Origin: an uncultured Gammaproteobacteria bacterium
GTDB lineage: Bacteria > Pseudomonadota > Gammaproteobacteria > SZUA-229
Assembly: GCA_963711255.1 (NCBI GenBank)
Contig: CAVQDO010000011.1
Coordinates: forward strand, 59,051 to 123,050
Direction of reading: 5' to 3'
Length of the DNA: 64,000 nucleotides
Below the pieces are notes generated by a model. The model saw only the letters and a list, made by a program, of their open reading frames with translations. It did no database searches and was not told where the DNA came from. Below, piece after piece: positions 19,456 to 29,941 of this stretch (positions are counted from its first letter, which is position 1; each line of letters begins with the position of its first letter). The position numbers were made by a program, and so were the translations under genes.

Positions 19456-20484
19456 ATGAAAGCAATTGGCTATAACAAATCCTTACCAATCAGTGATGCT
19501 GAGTCCTTAATTGATATCGATATTCCTCAACCTGTAGCAACCGGGCACGACTTGCTTGTTAAGGTTAAGGCAATAGCGGTGAATCCGGTGGACTACAAAA
19601 TTCGCCAGAATGTTGCTGCCGACAATGGCTACAAAGTGATTGGCTGGGATGCTGTGGGTGAAGTGGTCGCGAGCGGAGAAGCGGTGACGCAGTTCAAGCC
19701 GGGTGACGCGGTCTATTATGCGGGTGATCTTAATCGTCAGGGCAGCAACGCCGAGTACCAGCTGGTTGATGAACGTATTGTCGGCAACAAACCCAAGAGC
19801 CTCACGGACGCTGAAGCTGCAGCTTTACCACTGACAACGATCACCGCATGGGAACTGTTATTCGAACACCTGGCCATTAAGCAACAAAGCCCTGAATCAA
19901 AAGACAGATCTAACGAGGTGATTTTAGTCATTGGTGCAGCTGGTGGTGTTGGCTCTATTTTAATTCAGATTGCCAGAGCTATTACCGGCGCTACCATTAT
20001 CGCAACTGCATCACGTGAAAGTTCGCAGGCCTGGGTGAAAAAGCTGGGCGCTGATCACGTTATCGATCATACAAAACCACTTCAGCCACAGATAGAGGAC
20101 TTAGAAATCGGTCAGGTAACACATATTGCAAGCCTGAACGGCACCGGTTCATATTTCGAGACTTATACAGAGCTGCTGGCAACTTTTGGCAAGATCGCCA
20201 TGATTGATGACCCGGGCACACCTCTGGATGTGATGAAGCTTAAGTTAAGGAGTCAGTCGCTACATATTGAGTTTATGTTTGCTCGCTCTATGTTTAATGC
20301 AAAAGATATGGACGAGCAGAGCAAACTGCTCAGTCGCGTAGCAGACCTGGTCGATCAGGGCTATATCCAGACCACCTCTGGTAAAAACCTCGGTAGCATT
20401 AATGCTGAAAACCTGAAGGCTGCGCATGCGGAATTAGAGTCTGGTAAAGCAATTGGAAAGATTGTTCTTGAAGGATTCGCTTGA
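19456..20484 (+). CDS. Zinc-binding alcohol dehydrogenase/quinone reductase-family protein
   Basis: AVNPVDYKIR, GWDAVG, AAALPLTTITAWE, GAAGGVGS, GKIVL. Confidence 0.92.
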   Translation: MKAIGYNKSLPISDAESLIDIDIPQPVATGHDLLVKVKAIAVNPVDYKIRQNVAADNGYKVIGWDAVGEVVASGEAVTQFKPGDAVYYAGDLNRQGSNAEYQLVDERIVGNKPKSLTDAEAAALPLTTITAWELLFEHLAIKQQSPESKDRSNEVILVIGAAGGVGSILIQIARAITGATIIATASRESSQAWVKKLGADHVIDHTKPLQPQIEDLEIGQVTHIASLNGTGSYFETYTELLATFGKIAMIDDPGTPLDVMKLKLRSQSLHIEFMFARSMFNAKDMDEQSKLLSRVADLVDQGYIQTTSGKNLGSINAENLKAAHAELESGKAIGKIVLEGFA

Positions 20485-20571
20485 TTGATTTCTGCTAATG
20501 CTTGAAGACAAAGTTCGCCATTCCGGAGCAGGTAATCAATTGGGTTTTTACTGGTTTGTTTAAACAATAAA

Positions 20572-20611
20572 AGGGGAAGAGGAAGTATGTAATAAGTCCT
20601 CTATCCCCTTA
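20572..20611. terminator. Hairpin between convergent genes
   Basis: aggggaagagga...tcctctatcccct. Confidence 0.5.
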
Positions 20612-20639
20612 TATTTGTTAGTTGATAAGATTTTTAAAA

Positions 20640-21050
20640 TCAATCCTCTTCAGGTACACCCTGCCAGAGCATTTCATAACCGACTTCGAAGGTTGCATCG
20701 CAAAAATCAGCTAGATGAGAAAACTGCTCTTTGAATAATTTGTCAGCGTGTGACTTTTCATGCTGTTCAAATGATTTCCAGTAGGTGACTATGACCATGT
20801 CGCCCATGTTCTGCTGTATGCGTTTGTCGGGTTTATCAGGCATAACGCTGCCTTCATCGGAGATAAAGCCGGCATTCTTGAATACCTGGCCACCGATAAA
20901 ACCGCCATGATCATCACCGTAGTTGTTTTTCACTACGTTACACATCTCGCCCAGAACCAGTTCGACATCACTAACTTTGACTCCTTCTTTCAGATCAACG
21001 ACATTAAATAACATGACACAGCCAAAGGGTATTTTGATAGGGTTAAACAT
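20640..21050 (-). CDS. Hypothetical dimeric alpha-beta-barrel protein with SOR-like Cys/His-X3-His/Glu motifs
   Basis: 136 aa with a GGAG RBS; TYWKSFEQHEKSH is ABM-like. See findings. Confidence 0.8.
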   Translation of the reverse strand: MFNPIKIPFGCVMLFNVVDLKEGVKVSDVELVLGEMCNVVKNNYGDDHGGFIGGQVFKNAGFISDEGSVMPDKPDKRIQQNMGDMVIVTYWKSFEQHEKSHADKLFKEQFSHLADFCDATFEVGYEMLWQGVPEED

Positions 21051-21377
21051 AGTTTGCTCTCCTGCAATTAATACATAAACATGTATATATGGGCACGGTT
21101 AGCGTTTTACAATACTTACTTAACACAAGTTTTATCCATACTATAGTTATGGTAGAAAAAGTAGGCATGGGCGATTGGGTGAGCAGCTCTAAAGTTTGTG
21201 GCTTTTATAAGCAGGCATTTTAAAGTGTCGATGTTACTAACGAACGTAATTGCTTATGGTTAATATGCAGTACTTCCAACCTGAAGAGACAGAGAATATT
21301 CTATTCTACTATAAGTATTATGGACTACTTCCTTATCCTGTTAATATCAAGTGATCGTAAACGAGAAATTTTAGAGT

Positions 21378-22136
21378 GTGATACTGCCAATGCCCGGAGA
21401 TAAACCAGTACTGATACTTCAGCTGCGCCCCGAAGATGTAACCGCCGATAGCGAATATAGATGTTTTCTGAAATACGGCGAGATGAAAGCTGAGAACACG
21501 TGCAGGATACGCATCGAGAAAAACGGTATTCCTGATGATATCGAACTTGACGATTACGCTGCCATCATCGTGGGTGGCAGCCCGTTCGATATTAGTACGC
21601 CCGAAAATAAAAAAACCGGCATCCAGAAAAAAATTGAAACCGATTTCATGGGTTTGCTGGACAGGGTGGTAAGCCGCGACTTCCCGTTCCTCGGTGCCTG
21701 TTCCGGTAACGGTCTGCTGGGTCTGTACCTGGGAACCCCCATCACTACAAAATACGGTGAACCTGTTGGCTGCGTCAGCCTCGATATTACTGAAGCGGGC
21801 AGGAAGGACAGGCTGCTCAAAGACTTTCCGCCACAGATCGATGTTCTGCTTGGCCACAAGGAAGCCTGCGACAGTACACCCGAAGGTGCTACCTTACTGA
21901 TGACCGGAAGCAACTGCCCGGTACAGATGTTTCGCGTCGGTGAGAACGTGTACGCTACCCAGTTTCATCCAGAAGGTGATGCTGCTGAGTTTATACTGCG
22001 CATCAATACTTACGCCGACCACGGTTATTTCGAACCGCATGAAGCGGAAGCGTTAAAAAAGCAGGTCAGCAGAAAAGCTACGCCATATGCACAGGAAATA
22101 TTGAAACGGTTTGTGAGCAGCTGTCTGAACCAGTAA
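21378..22136 (+). CDS. Class I glutamine amidotransferase (GMP synthase-like)
   Basis: IIVGGSP, FLGACSG (nucleophile Cys), YATQFHPE. Confidence 0.92.
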   Translation: MILPMPGDKPVLILQLRPEDVTADSEYRCFLKYGEMKAENTCRIRIEKNGIPDDIELDDYAAIIVGGSPFDISTPENKKTGIQKKIETDFMGLLDRVVSRDFPFLGACSGNGLLGLYLGTPITTKYGEPVGCVSLDITEAGRKDRLLKDFPPQIDVLLGHKEACDSTPEGATLLMTGSNCPVQMFRVGENVYATQFHPEGDAAEFILRINTYADHGYFEPHEAEALKKQVSRKATPYAQEILKRFVSSCLNQ

Positions 22137-22164
22137 ATGAAACAGGCTTGAACTGTTCAGCCGT

Positions 22165-22356
22165 TTATTCTTTACCCTCTGCTGGTATTATTTCTTCTGC
22201 CTTGCCAAGCTTAATCGCGTTTTGCAGAACCGTTTTGTTAAAAAATACCGTCTCTTTCGTGGTGAGGTTACGGGTTTCATATTGTTCACCACGATCAGAA
22301 ATAACTTCAATAGCCATGCCGGAAATCAACAATTTTTTACCAGTCATTTTGTCCAT
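22165..22356 (-). CDS. Small hypothetical protein
   Basis: MDKMTGKKLLISGMAIEVISD...LQNAIKLGKAEEI; protein-like composition, no family assigned. Confidence 0.6.
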   Translation of the reverse strand: MDKMTGKKLLISGMAIEVISDRGEQYETRNLTTKETVFFNKTVLQNAIKLGKAEEIIPAEGKE

Positions 22357-22441
22357 AATTGAGCTTCTATCAAATAAAAGGAAGGGCTTAAAAGAGTACA
22401 ACGATAATGTTTGCTGTTTTCCTGTTTGTGCTCAATAATAA

Positions 22442-23393
22442 TCAACTGCTGGCGGCACCAAACCAGAATGATTCATCCTTATCCAGAAACTCCTGCCATG
22501 ACATGTAATGCGAACCATCACAGGAAAATGTCAGGCTGATCATGCCGTTAAAAATATTAATTGAGGCGGAACGCAGATAAAAGGTTTCGTCAGTCAGGCG
22601 CAGTTTCTTCATTGCTTTCATAATCGAAGTAATCCGCCTGCGAGGGATCAGGGCATCATCCGGATAAGCATGCGCCGGATAAAGCAGGCAGACATCTGGG
22701 TGGCCAAGTGCATCTGCATCGAGCATGCGATAACGGAATGGATCAGCCATGAACCAGGCCGTTGCGCGGCTGCTGGAAAAATGGATTACCGCCTGAAACA
22801 TACCGCGCTCGGTAATTAGCTCTTCCATGATGGCACAGGCCACATCAATATTCTGGTCCATCGGGCTTTCGATTCGGTGCTGCATGAAAACACCGCTGCG
22901 TATCGCCGGGTCACCTTTAATCTGACGCCACTCTCCTGATTCTTCATAGAGTTCTGATGTTACCGGCAGGTCACGCAGGTCAAAATCCACACCTAGATAC
23001 CCCAGTACCTGGTCATTATGCCTCACCACTTGCAGCGCAGTGATCGAGGGACGACCAGCGCGTAAACTAAGGTAGGCTTCAGATAATAAAAACCCCCATG
23101 AAGGTACTGCTTCACGCATATATGGCCGAGTAGAACGATCACGACCATAATGCTCCTTGTAGCAGTCCTTTGGCACTTACATTATCGGTGATTTGCACAC
23201 CGTTGGTGTCCAGTACGTACATGAACAGGCCGCCAGGTACGGTAGAAAAACCATCAATCAGGACCTCGTTCAGTTTTTCGCGATCTCCAAAAATCGGCCC
23301 GCATCTGGCCGCAAGATTTTCCAGTGGTTGAGACAGGCGTTCAGCGAGCGCAATTCTTTGCCGGTGAACTGCATCTTTCCAGGTTTGATTCAT
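22442..23393 (-). CDS. PDC/Cache-like sensor-domain protein, apparent frameshift at ~23160
   Basis: YVLDTNGVQITDNV joins across the frameshift to GRDRSTRPYM...LSEAYLS...RPSITA...GYLGVDFDLRDLP. Confidence 0.75.
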
Positions 23394-23566
23394 AGTAATA
23401 TTTCACGCGTTTAATGATTGCTGCCATTAGTCCCAGGTTCTTTAACCCTGGCAATCCATTTTTCTCTGGATTCGGGCGTTGTGTTTCTGACAATGACCAG
23501 TTGGATTATTTTACTACCTTAGTATTAACCGGATATGAAAAAATTAAACCCTTTATTCTATCCAGT

Positions 23567-24589
23567 TTATAAGTTTTTCAGTGCGCCTTTTTTTAATGCT
23601 TGCTGGCTAAAGACGCCTTTATCACAAATAAAGGCGGTTACATTGTCAACCGGCGTAACATCAAACGCCGGATTGCAAACAGGCGCATTCACCGGTGCCC
23701 AGCACACATCGCCAAAACTACCACGCGCACCACGTACTTCATAGGCCCCACGTTCTTCGATGGGGATGCCATCGCCCGATTCACAGGCAAAATCGATCGT
23801 GGTGTAAGGCGCCACCGGGTAAAAAGGAATATCGTGATATTTGGCAAGTACTGAAAGTGAGTAGGTGCCAATCTTATTGGCGAAGTCACCATTGAGTGCC
23901 ACCCGGTCAGAACCAATGAAGATCTTTTGAATCTTTCCGGTTTTCATCATATGTGCTGCCATGCTGTCGGTGATAATGGAGTAGGGGATTCCTGCCTGTT
24001 CCAGTTCCCACGCAGTCAGGCGACCGCCCTGGAGTAAGGGCCGGGTCTCATCAACATAAACATGAATTTTCTTGCCCTGTTCATGAGCTTTGAAAATAAC
24101 GCCAAGTGCCGTTCCTGCACCAGCAGTAACCAGCCTTCCGGTATTACAATGCGTAAGAACACCATCACCATCCTGGATTAACTCGGCACCGTATTCTGCC
24201 ATCCTGTCGCAGAGTTCTACATCTTCTTCAAAGGCGCTTACCGCTTCTTCTTCAAAATGCTGGTGAAAGTTTTCTTTCTCCAGTTGCGCAAGCATTCGAT
24301 CTATTACCACCATTAGATTAACGGCAGTAGGGCGAGAAGCGCGCAGTGTATTTGCCATCTGCCGAACTTTTTCTCGATCATCGATGTTTTTCGAAAAGCG
24401 AGCCAGTGCAAGTCCGGCTGAAATACCTATCGCAGGTGCGCCTCTGACCTTGAGCATCTGGATAATTTCTACCATGTGATCGATATCTTTAACCAGTATG
24501 AGTTCTTCACTATGGGGTAAAAGCTGCTGGTCGAGTATATAAAGCTCACCGTCTTTAAAACGAATACCCAAAGAGTCTAAATCTCTCAT
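23567..24589 (-). CDS. mtnA: S-methyl-5-thioribose-1-phosphate isomerase
   Basis: LDQQLLP, VRGAPAIG, SRPTAVNL, THCNTG, DETRPLLQG, ANKIGTY, NPAFDVTP. Confidence 0.96.
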   Translation of the reverse strand: MRDLDSLGIRFKDGELYILDQQLLPHSEELILVKDIDHMVEIIQMLKVRGAPAIGISAGLALARFSKNIDDREKVRQMANTLRASRPTAVNLMVVIDRMLAQLEKENFHQHFEEEAVSAFEEDVELCDRMAEYGAELIQDGDGVLTHCNTGRLVTAGAGTALGVIFKAHEQGKKIHVYVDETRPLLQGGRLTAWELEQAGIPYSIITDSMAAHMMKTGKIQKIFIGSDRVALNGDFANKIGTYSLSVLAKYHDIPFYPVAPYTTIDFACESGDGIPIEERGAYEVRGARGSFGDVCWAPVNAPVCNPAFDVTPVDNVTAFICDKGVFSQQALKKGALKNL

Positions 24590-25242
24590 AGGGTTTTATC
24601 TCCAATCTTTTTTCTCATTGTATAAAGCAGATCGATAGTCTCATCATCAAGTTCTGTCACTGCGCCAAAACTTTTTGCTTTAAGTAAAATCTCACAGGCA
24701 TGTTCCAGCCTTTCCATGCCGTTATAAGCTTCGATAAGGTCCTCGCCAAAACTAATTGCACCATGACGTGCCAGAACCATGACTTTAGAGGTTTTAATAT
24801 AGGGGTGCAGTGCCGTCCCCATTTCATGGCTACCCGGTAGCTGGAAAGGAACAATGGGAAGTTTACCAACAGCCAGGATCAGTTCAGAAAAACTTGTCCC
24901 GGGTATTTCTGCTGCGTCAGGGTGAGCAATGCTGTAGGCAATTGCCGTAGGCGGGTGGGCATGAATCACGGTTTTAGCGTCCGGGCGCATCCTGTAAACC
25001 TCAAGGTGCATTATCATTTCACTGCTGGGGTTCCCCTTAAGCACCTTGCCATTAATATCGATAACCGCAATATCATCCGCTGCTAAAAGAAATTTGGGCT
25101 TACCGGAAGGCGTGATGAGTATTCTGCCATCATTGCAGCGGTAACTAATATTGCCATCACATGCCGCCAGCATGTTTTTATGATGTAGCAGGGTGGCGAT
25201 CTTTATTATCTCGTGTTTAATAAGTTGTTCAGAATTATCCAT
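24586..25242 (-). CDS. Class II aldolase/adducin-family protein
   Basis: DGNIS, ITPSG, PSSEMIMH, HAHPP, ARHG; overlaps the mtnA start. Confidence 0.9.
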   Translation of the reverse strand: MDNSEQLIKHEIIKIATLLHHKNMLAACDGNISYRCNDGRILITPSGKPKFLLAADDIAVIDINGKVLKGNPSSEMIMHLEVYRMRPDAKTVIHAHPPTAIAYSIAHPDAAEIPGTSFSELILAVGKLPIVPFQLPGSHEMGTALHPYIKTSKVMVLARHGAISFGEDLIEAYNGMERLEHACEILLKAKSFGAVTELDDETIDLLYTMRKKIGDKTL

Positions 25243-25311
25243 TGCCTGATTATACTTGAGTCGGTTTTATCATAGCGCTATGACTCAATTTATTTTTACA
25301 CGATAGTATTG

Positions 25312-26661
25312 TCAATAACGGAACGCGAACGAAAGCGCAACCCGATAACTATCGTCATCAGCTGCATCGAGTGCCAGATCAAAATTCAGTTTATCGATGA
25401 ATAATATTCCGACACCTGCACTGAAGTGCTGTACATCCCTGCCGCCAGGATAGATTAGCTTTGAAGTGGAATCAGAGCCGCTATACCTGATGTCGTGTGC
25501 TGGATCGAAAAAGTACCCGGCACGAAACGCCAGAGGATGCTGTTTGAACCGGGTGAGGTACTCGATCCCGAGGTGAAACTCGATTACGTCTTGCGCTTTG
25601 AACTCATTATTCGTCTGGATGACAGTGACATCGCCGCCGGGGTAGGCATAGGCTGCCTGAAATTCTTCAATGCGGCTATAGTTGATGCGAGTTGCATCGA
25701 TGGCAAAGGTCCAGGCTTTGTTCGGTGTGTAAGCAAATCCGATAGACACACTTTCGGGCAGAGTCAGTGAGCTTTCGCAGATCCAGTTTCCGCTTGGCGT
25801 GCCATCAGCAAGTGTGCCGATATTGGCGTCGCCAAAACAGCCATTTAGCGGGGCGCTGTCAATGGTTACAGGGGAGTTCGCCGTGGTCATGGTGTATTCA
25901 ACATTTTGCGTCAGCGTGTAGTTGAGGCCAAAGGCCATGGTTTTACTGGGCCGGTAGAGCAGCCCGAAACGCCATATCGGTTCCTGTTCGGTCTGGCTGC
26001 CGTACTGGCTGAACTGGACCCCATCGAAACTTCCTGGTTGCGGTGTTCTGTCCTGCTTTGATGTGATTAGCATGTTTGCAGTTACCAGGCTCGCCGACAG
26101 CCCGATGGCGAGTTGGTCATCAAATAGTGAGTGTGCGATAGATAATCCGTATTCGTCGAGGTCAAACATCACGTTATGTGTCTCGCTTAGCCCGCCGCTG
26201 ACTGGATCGTAAACGCTAACCGCGCGGTCGTACGGCAAAAACTCATGGATAAACAGCGCTACAACCGTTTTGCCGTCACCCAGCGGGGTCGCCAGCGCCA
26301 GCAGTACGGGATCAATCTGATTTGTTGCGTCAACGTGCAGACCCATACTGATGGATTCACCGGTAGCAAGATTATCTGCCCCCGGGTGGGAAGCTGCCTC
26401 GATATGCCGGAAGCTGCTGTCAAAACGAAACTCTGATTTTGACAGACTCGCCAGTGCAGCCGGATTAGCCATGGTGGCGCTGGCATCGTTAACCGACGCA
26501 ACTGCTGCACTGCCCATGCCAATAGTACGGGCCCCCGATGTGTTCAGGGTATAGTTGAAGCCGAACCAGGCTGGCCCGTTATCAAATGTGTAACCGGACA
26601 GGGGAAACGCCAGCAGCGTGACACCAAACGCCCAGAAGACTAGTAAACTTTTCACTGACAA
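25312..26661 (-). CDS. Outer-membrane beta-barrel transporter (FadL/OmpP1-like)
   Basis: Signal peptide; GARTIGMGSAAVASVNDASATMANPAAL; RAGYFFDP; aromatic C-terminus. Confidence 0.82.
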   Translation of the reverse strand: MSVKSLLVFWAFGVTLLAFPLSGYTFDNGPAWFGFNYTLNTSGARTIGMGSAAVASVNDASATMANPAALASLSKSEFRFDSSFRHIEAASHPGADNLATGESISMGLHVDATNQIDPVLLALATPLGDGKTVVALFIHEFLPYDRAVSVYDPVSGGLSETHNVMFDLDEYGLSIAHSLFDDQLAIGLSASLVTANMLITSKQDRTPQPGSFDGVQFSQYGSQTEQEPIWRFGLLYRPSKTMAFGLNYTLTQNVEYTMTTANSPVTIDSAPLNGCFGDANIGTLADGTPSGNWICESSLTLPESVSIGFAYTPNKAWTFAIDATRINYSRIEEFQAAYAYPGGDVTVIQTNNEFKAQDVIEFHLGIEYLTRFKQHPLAFRAGYFFDPAHDIRYSGSDSTSKLIYPGGRDVQHFSAGVGILFIDKLNFDLALDAADDDSYRVALSFAFRY

Positions 26662-27035
26662 CTCCTTTGTAACAACAGCGGAAACTTGTGTCTCGTTATA
26701 CTGGACACCTGAAAAATATTAACACTGATAAAAGTTTTGAAGTTGATGCATATCAATAGGGTGTTTCCTGGCTGAAGCTTATTATTGAATACAAATGAAT
26801 TCGACAGCTTAATTCGGCAGTCGCCGAAACAGTGCTTTGATTTTGAAATAAGCAGTCTGTCACCATAAAATCTCAGCCAATTGCCAGCATTTCATATGGA
26901 TTTGTGGATATGAAAAATCAAACAAAGAAACTCTGGCGCTCCTGGCTGGTTTATCTTTAATGTTTTCGGGTTTGCTGGGATGGGGTGTGATGGTACGTAG
27001 AAAAGCAAGTTAAGTTTCTTTACGACTAACATAAT

Positions 27036-27087
27036 CGGGTCAGGGTAAAAATAGTGTAGGAGCTTTACTGGTTTTTACTCTGACCTG
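27036..27087. repeat. GGGTCAG/CTGACC-type inverted repeat
   Basis: gggtcagggtaaaaa...tttttactctgacctg. Confidence 0.65.
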
Positions 27088-27104
27088 AACATTCACTTGT
27101 TAAT

Positions 27105-27335
27105 TTACTTGCGACTGCCTTTTACGTTGCGTGAATTAATGGTTGTCGCCATTTCTTCCGCGTGCTCGGTGACAGACTTGAGCGTTCCCGTTTTTTTACA
27201 GGTCATGATGGCATGCTTTAAGCTGCCTTTTTGAATAACGTAGAGAAACCAGTTCTCCCCCGGCATGCCTTCGGGTGCCATTGTTTTTTCAACTTTTAGT
27301 ACATGGTACTTACTGTTGATTGAGTCATCGTGCAT
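27105..27335 (-). CDS. Small hypothetical protein
   Basis: 76-aa ORF with an RBS-like aggt upstream; no family recognised. Confidence 0.65.
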   Translation of the reverse strand: MHDDSINSKYHVLKVEKTMAPEGMPGENWFLYVIQKGSLKHAIMTCKKTGTLKSVTEHAEEMATTINSRNVKGSRK

Positions 27336-28080
27336 GCTATAAATACCTGTTCATTGAACTTTTAAAAAAATAAAGTGTGAATTTTGTGGGGAACTCCATT
27401 TCGACTGCATTTAGCATTTAGAGAAAATGTCCCGGTCTGACACTTTTGAATGAGAAATGATGACGGCCAACGTACCCTGATCATATTAAAGAAAAGTATG
27501 GCCTGTGTTTATTCTTTAATGCCTCATTTAATATCAAGGCATGACCACTATAACCCTTTATGACGAAAGCATATACATGCTGAAGCAAATAAATTTGTCG
27601 ATAAGATGCCTGTTTTCTTTACGAATCATTGAGTTTTTATACATTTTTGTAATCAATTCCCCTATAAAATGTTTCATCTGTACCCGACTTGTTCCTCTCA
27701 GGCTTATGATTTTATTGATGATTTTTCGAACCATTGATAATATTCCGTGTAGATTACACCGGCCTTATTAATACTCAAATAGCAGTATGTTCTGCTGGTG
27801 ATAGCAGCTCAGTCTACACCTTAGTATTGGCTTGTTCTGATGTTGACACTACTGGCAGGTCGAACCAAATTAAGGTTGGGACTGAAACACTCGGATTAAT
27901 GCGAAGTGCGAAAGTTGAAACTAATAAGGGTATGATTATTTCTACATAACTAAAACAATCAAAAGAATAGCACTATTTTATTTTTATATGACTGCTACAA
28001 ATGTTGACCAAAAGCAGGTATTTGGCTGAATGGGGCTGTTTGCTTTTGTCTATTGACTCTTAATTGCTCAAGAAACTGAT

Positions 28081-28479
28081 ATGGATTCACAAACAACTCT
28101 CCTGTTAGCTGCCGATGTCATTCTGTTACTACATGTACTGTTTGTCGCTTTTGTTGTCATTGGTCTGCTGCTTATATTTATCGGTAAAGTTCGAGAATGG
28201 TCCTGGATCAGAAACCCATGGTTTCGGCTAATACATCTTGCGGCTATTGCAGTCGTTGTGGTTCAGTCATGGTTTGGCCTTATATGTCCGCTCACTACAA
28301 TTGAAATGGCGTTGCGTTCGCGAGCTGGTGATCATGTTTATGCAGGCACTTTCATATCTCACTGGCTGGAAAATATTTTGTACTATCAACTGGCACCATG
28401 GGTGTTTGTTGTTTGCTACATGGCATTCGCTGCTATCGTTATTGCCAGTTGGTTCTGGATTCGCCCCCGACATTTTTAA
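28081..28479 (+). CDS. DUF2784-type membrane protein
   Basis: LAADVILLLHVLF...FRLIHL...CPLTTIEMALR...FISHWL. Confidence 0.85.
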   Translation: MDSQTTLLLAADVILLLHVLFVAFVVIGLLLIFIGKVREWSWIRNPWFRLIHLAAIAVVVVQSWFGLICPLTTIEMALRSRAGDHVYAGTFISHWLENILYYQLAPWVFVVCYMAFAAIVIASWFWIRPRHF

Positions 28480-28589
28480 TTATTTATATTCATAAATAAA
28501 TAATATTAATCTAAAGCAATTATTAGCTGCCCTTTATATGGCACATGCGCTACATTAACCAATATTATAATGACGAACAGGAAATCAAT

Positions 28590-29021
28590 ATGCCGACAAA
28601 AGTTTCAGAGTACATGACCGCAAAAATCGTAACGGTAGCGCCCGATACAGGAGTACGAGAGGCATTTTTTATCATGAAAGAAAATTCAATCCGTCATTTA
28701 CCGGTAATGCAAGACAAGCAACTGGTTGGCATCATCAGTGATCGAGAGCTAAGGCGTCCAAACTGGGTTGATGAGGCGCATGATATCGCTCATATTTATT
28801 ACCTGGATGACAATATGGCCGTTAGTGATGTAATGATACGCAATGTACTGGTTTTGCATACTTATGACACGCTACGCAAAGCAGTCAAACTTCTGCTGGA
28901 ACAAAATATAGGCGCAGCGCCTGTGCTGGATAAAACTTCTGATGTTGTCGGTATGCTATCTGCGGTCGATTTATTACGTGCGCTGGATGATATGATTGAT
29001 GATAAGGCCAGTGATGATTGA
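28590..29021 (+). CDS. CBS-domain pair protein
   Basis: VSEYMT...IRHLPVM...LVGIISDRE; second CBS VSDVM...GAAPV...VGMLS. Confidence 0.9.
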   Translation: MPTKVSEYMTAKIVTVAPDTGVREAFFIMKENSIRHLPVMQDKQLVGIISDRELRRPNWVDEAHDIAHIYYLDDNMAVSDVMIRNVLVLHTYDTLRKAVKLLLEQNIGAAPVLDKTSDVVGMLSAVDLLRALDDMIDDKASDD

Positions 29022-29105
29022 TAATGAAAACAGGGGGCGTATGCCCTCTAAATTTATTTACCACCAGGTTTTATCTGGCCCTGCTTGTTCACCCCCACTT
29101 ATTCA

Positions 29106-29828
29106 TTAGTATTTTGGTTTTCTCTGTGAGTCATAATCACCGCTGAAACTGAATGGTACGGAGCGGCCTACCAGGCTTTCGATAAGTTCAAGTTCTTCGT
29201 CAGTATGATTGATCACGGGTGCAGGTATTATGCTTTTGCCGGTATCTGCTTTGGCGAGGATGTAGCGCGGGGCATCATGATATTCGGTTATCACGGTTTC
29301 CTTGCTCTGTACGTCGTTACTGGCTGCCAGGTCGGCCGTGCCGTAACAGGTGCAGATATAACTTTTTTCAGGGTCGGATTCAAGGTACATGCCAGTGCCG
29401 CGTATGCCGATGGTTGCGACAGCTGTCGATACGCCGAGTCTTTCCTGTTTTTTTCGTTTGCCGAAGACAGAGAGAAGTTTTCCGGTAACCAGTCTCAGGC
29501 CGGTAAGAATAAGATCATTGCCCTGCATCTCTACCTTGCTGTTGTTACGCATGATGAAAGCATCTTTACCAATGACAAAGACGACACGGCCATTTTTACC
29601 CGTTTCGATCACTGAGCGGGGTGTTAATTTAGTGTCGAGTGTTGCCAGTGTTTTGTCGACTTTGACTTCACCGCTGAGCCGGTAGATAGACTTGCCGGGC
29701 GGCAGCTCACGCGGTATCTGTCCCATGCCCAGTGCGGGCAGGCTAAAACCAAAAGTGCCGCTGGCAAAAAGCCCGCTGCTCAGTGCCTGTATCAGAAAAT
29801 TACGACGTTGTTTATCGAATTCGTCCAT
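29106..29828 (-). CDS. Tat-exported FecR-like domain protein
   Basis: QRRNFL twin-arginine signal; IETG, TAVATIGIRGTG. Confidence 0.8.
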   Translation of the reverse strand: MDEFDKQRRNFLIQALSSGLFASGTFGFSLPALGMGQIPRELPPGKSIYRLSGEVKVDKTLATLDTKLTPRSVIETGKNGRVVFVIGKDAFIMRNNSKVEMQGNDLILTGLRLVTGKLLSVFGKRKKQERLGVSTAVATIGIRGTGMYLESDPEKSYICTCYGTADLAASNDVQSKETVITEYHDAPRYILAKADTGKSIIPAPVINHTDEELELIESLVGRSVPFSFSGDYDSQRKPKY

Positions 29829-29941
29829 GCCTGGCCTCTAATTTGACGATTGATATGATGATTTAGCGGTTGCTAGTCTTAATCGTTTGTCACAGAATAC
29901 GCTTAAGTTAACACAAATCAATTAATTGTAGGGATACTGAG

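Noticed and set aside
27541-27949. Two short plus-strand ORFs
   Set aside because: AT-rich, overlapping and without recognisable motifs; probably spurious or the shadow of a decayed gene.
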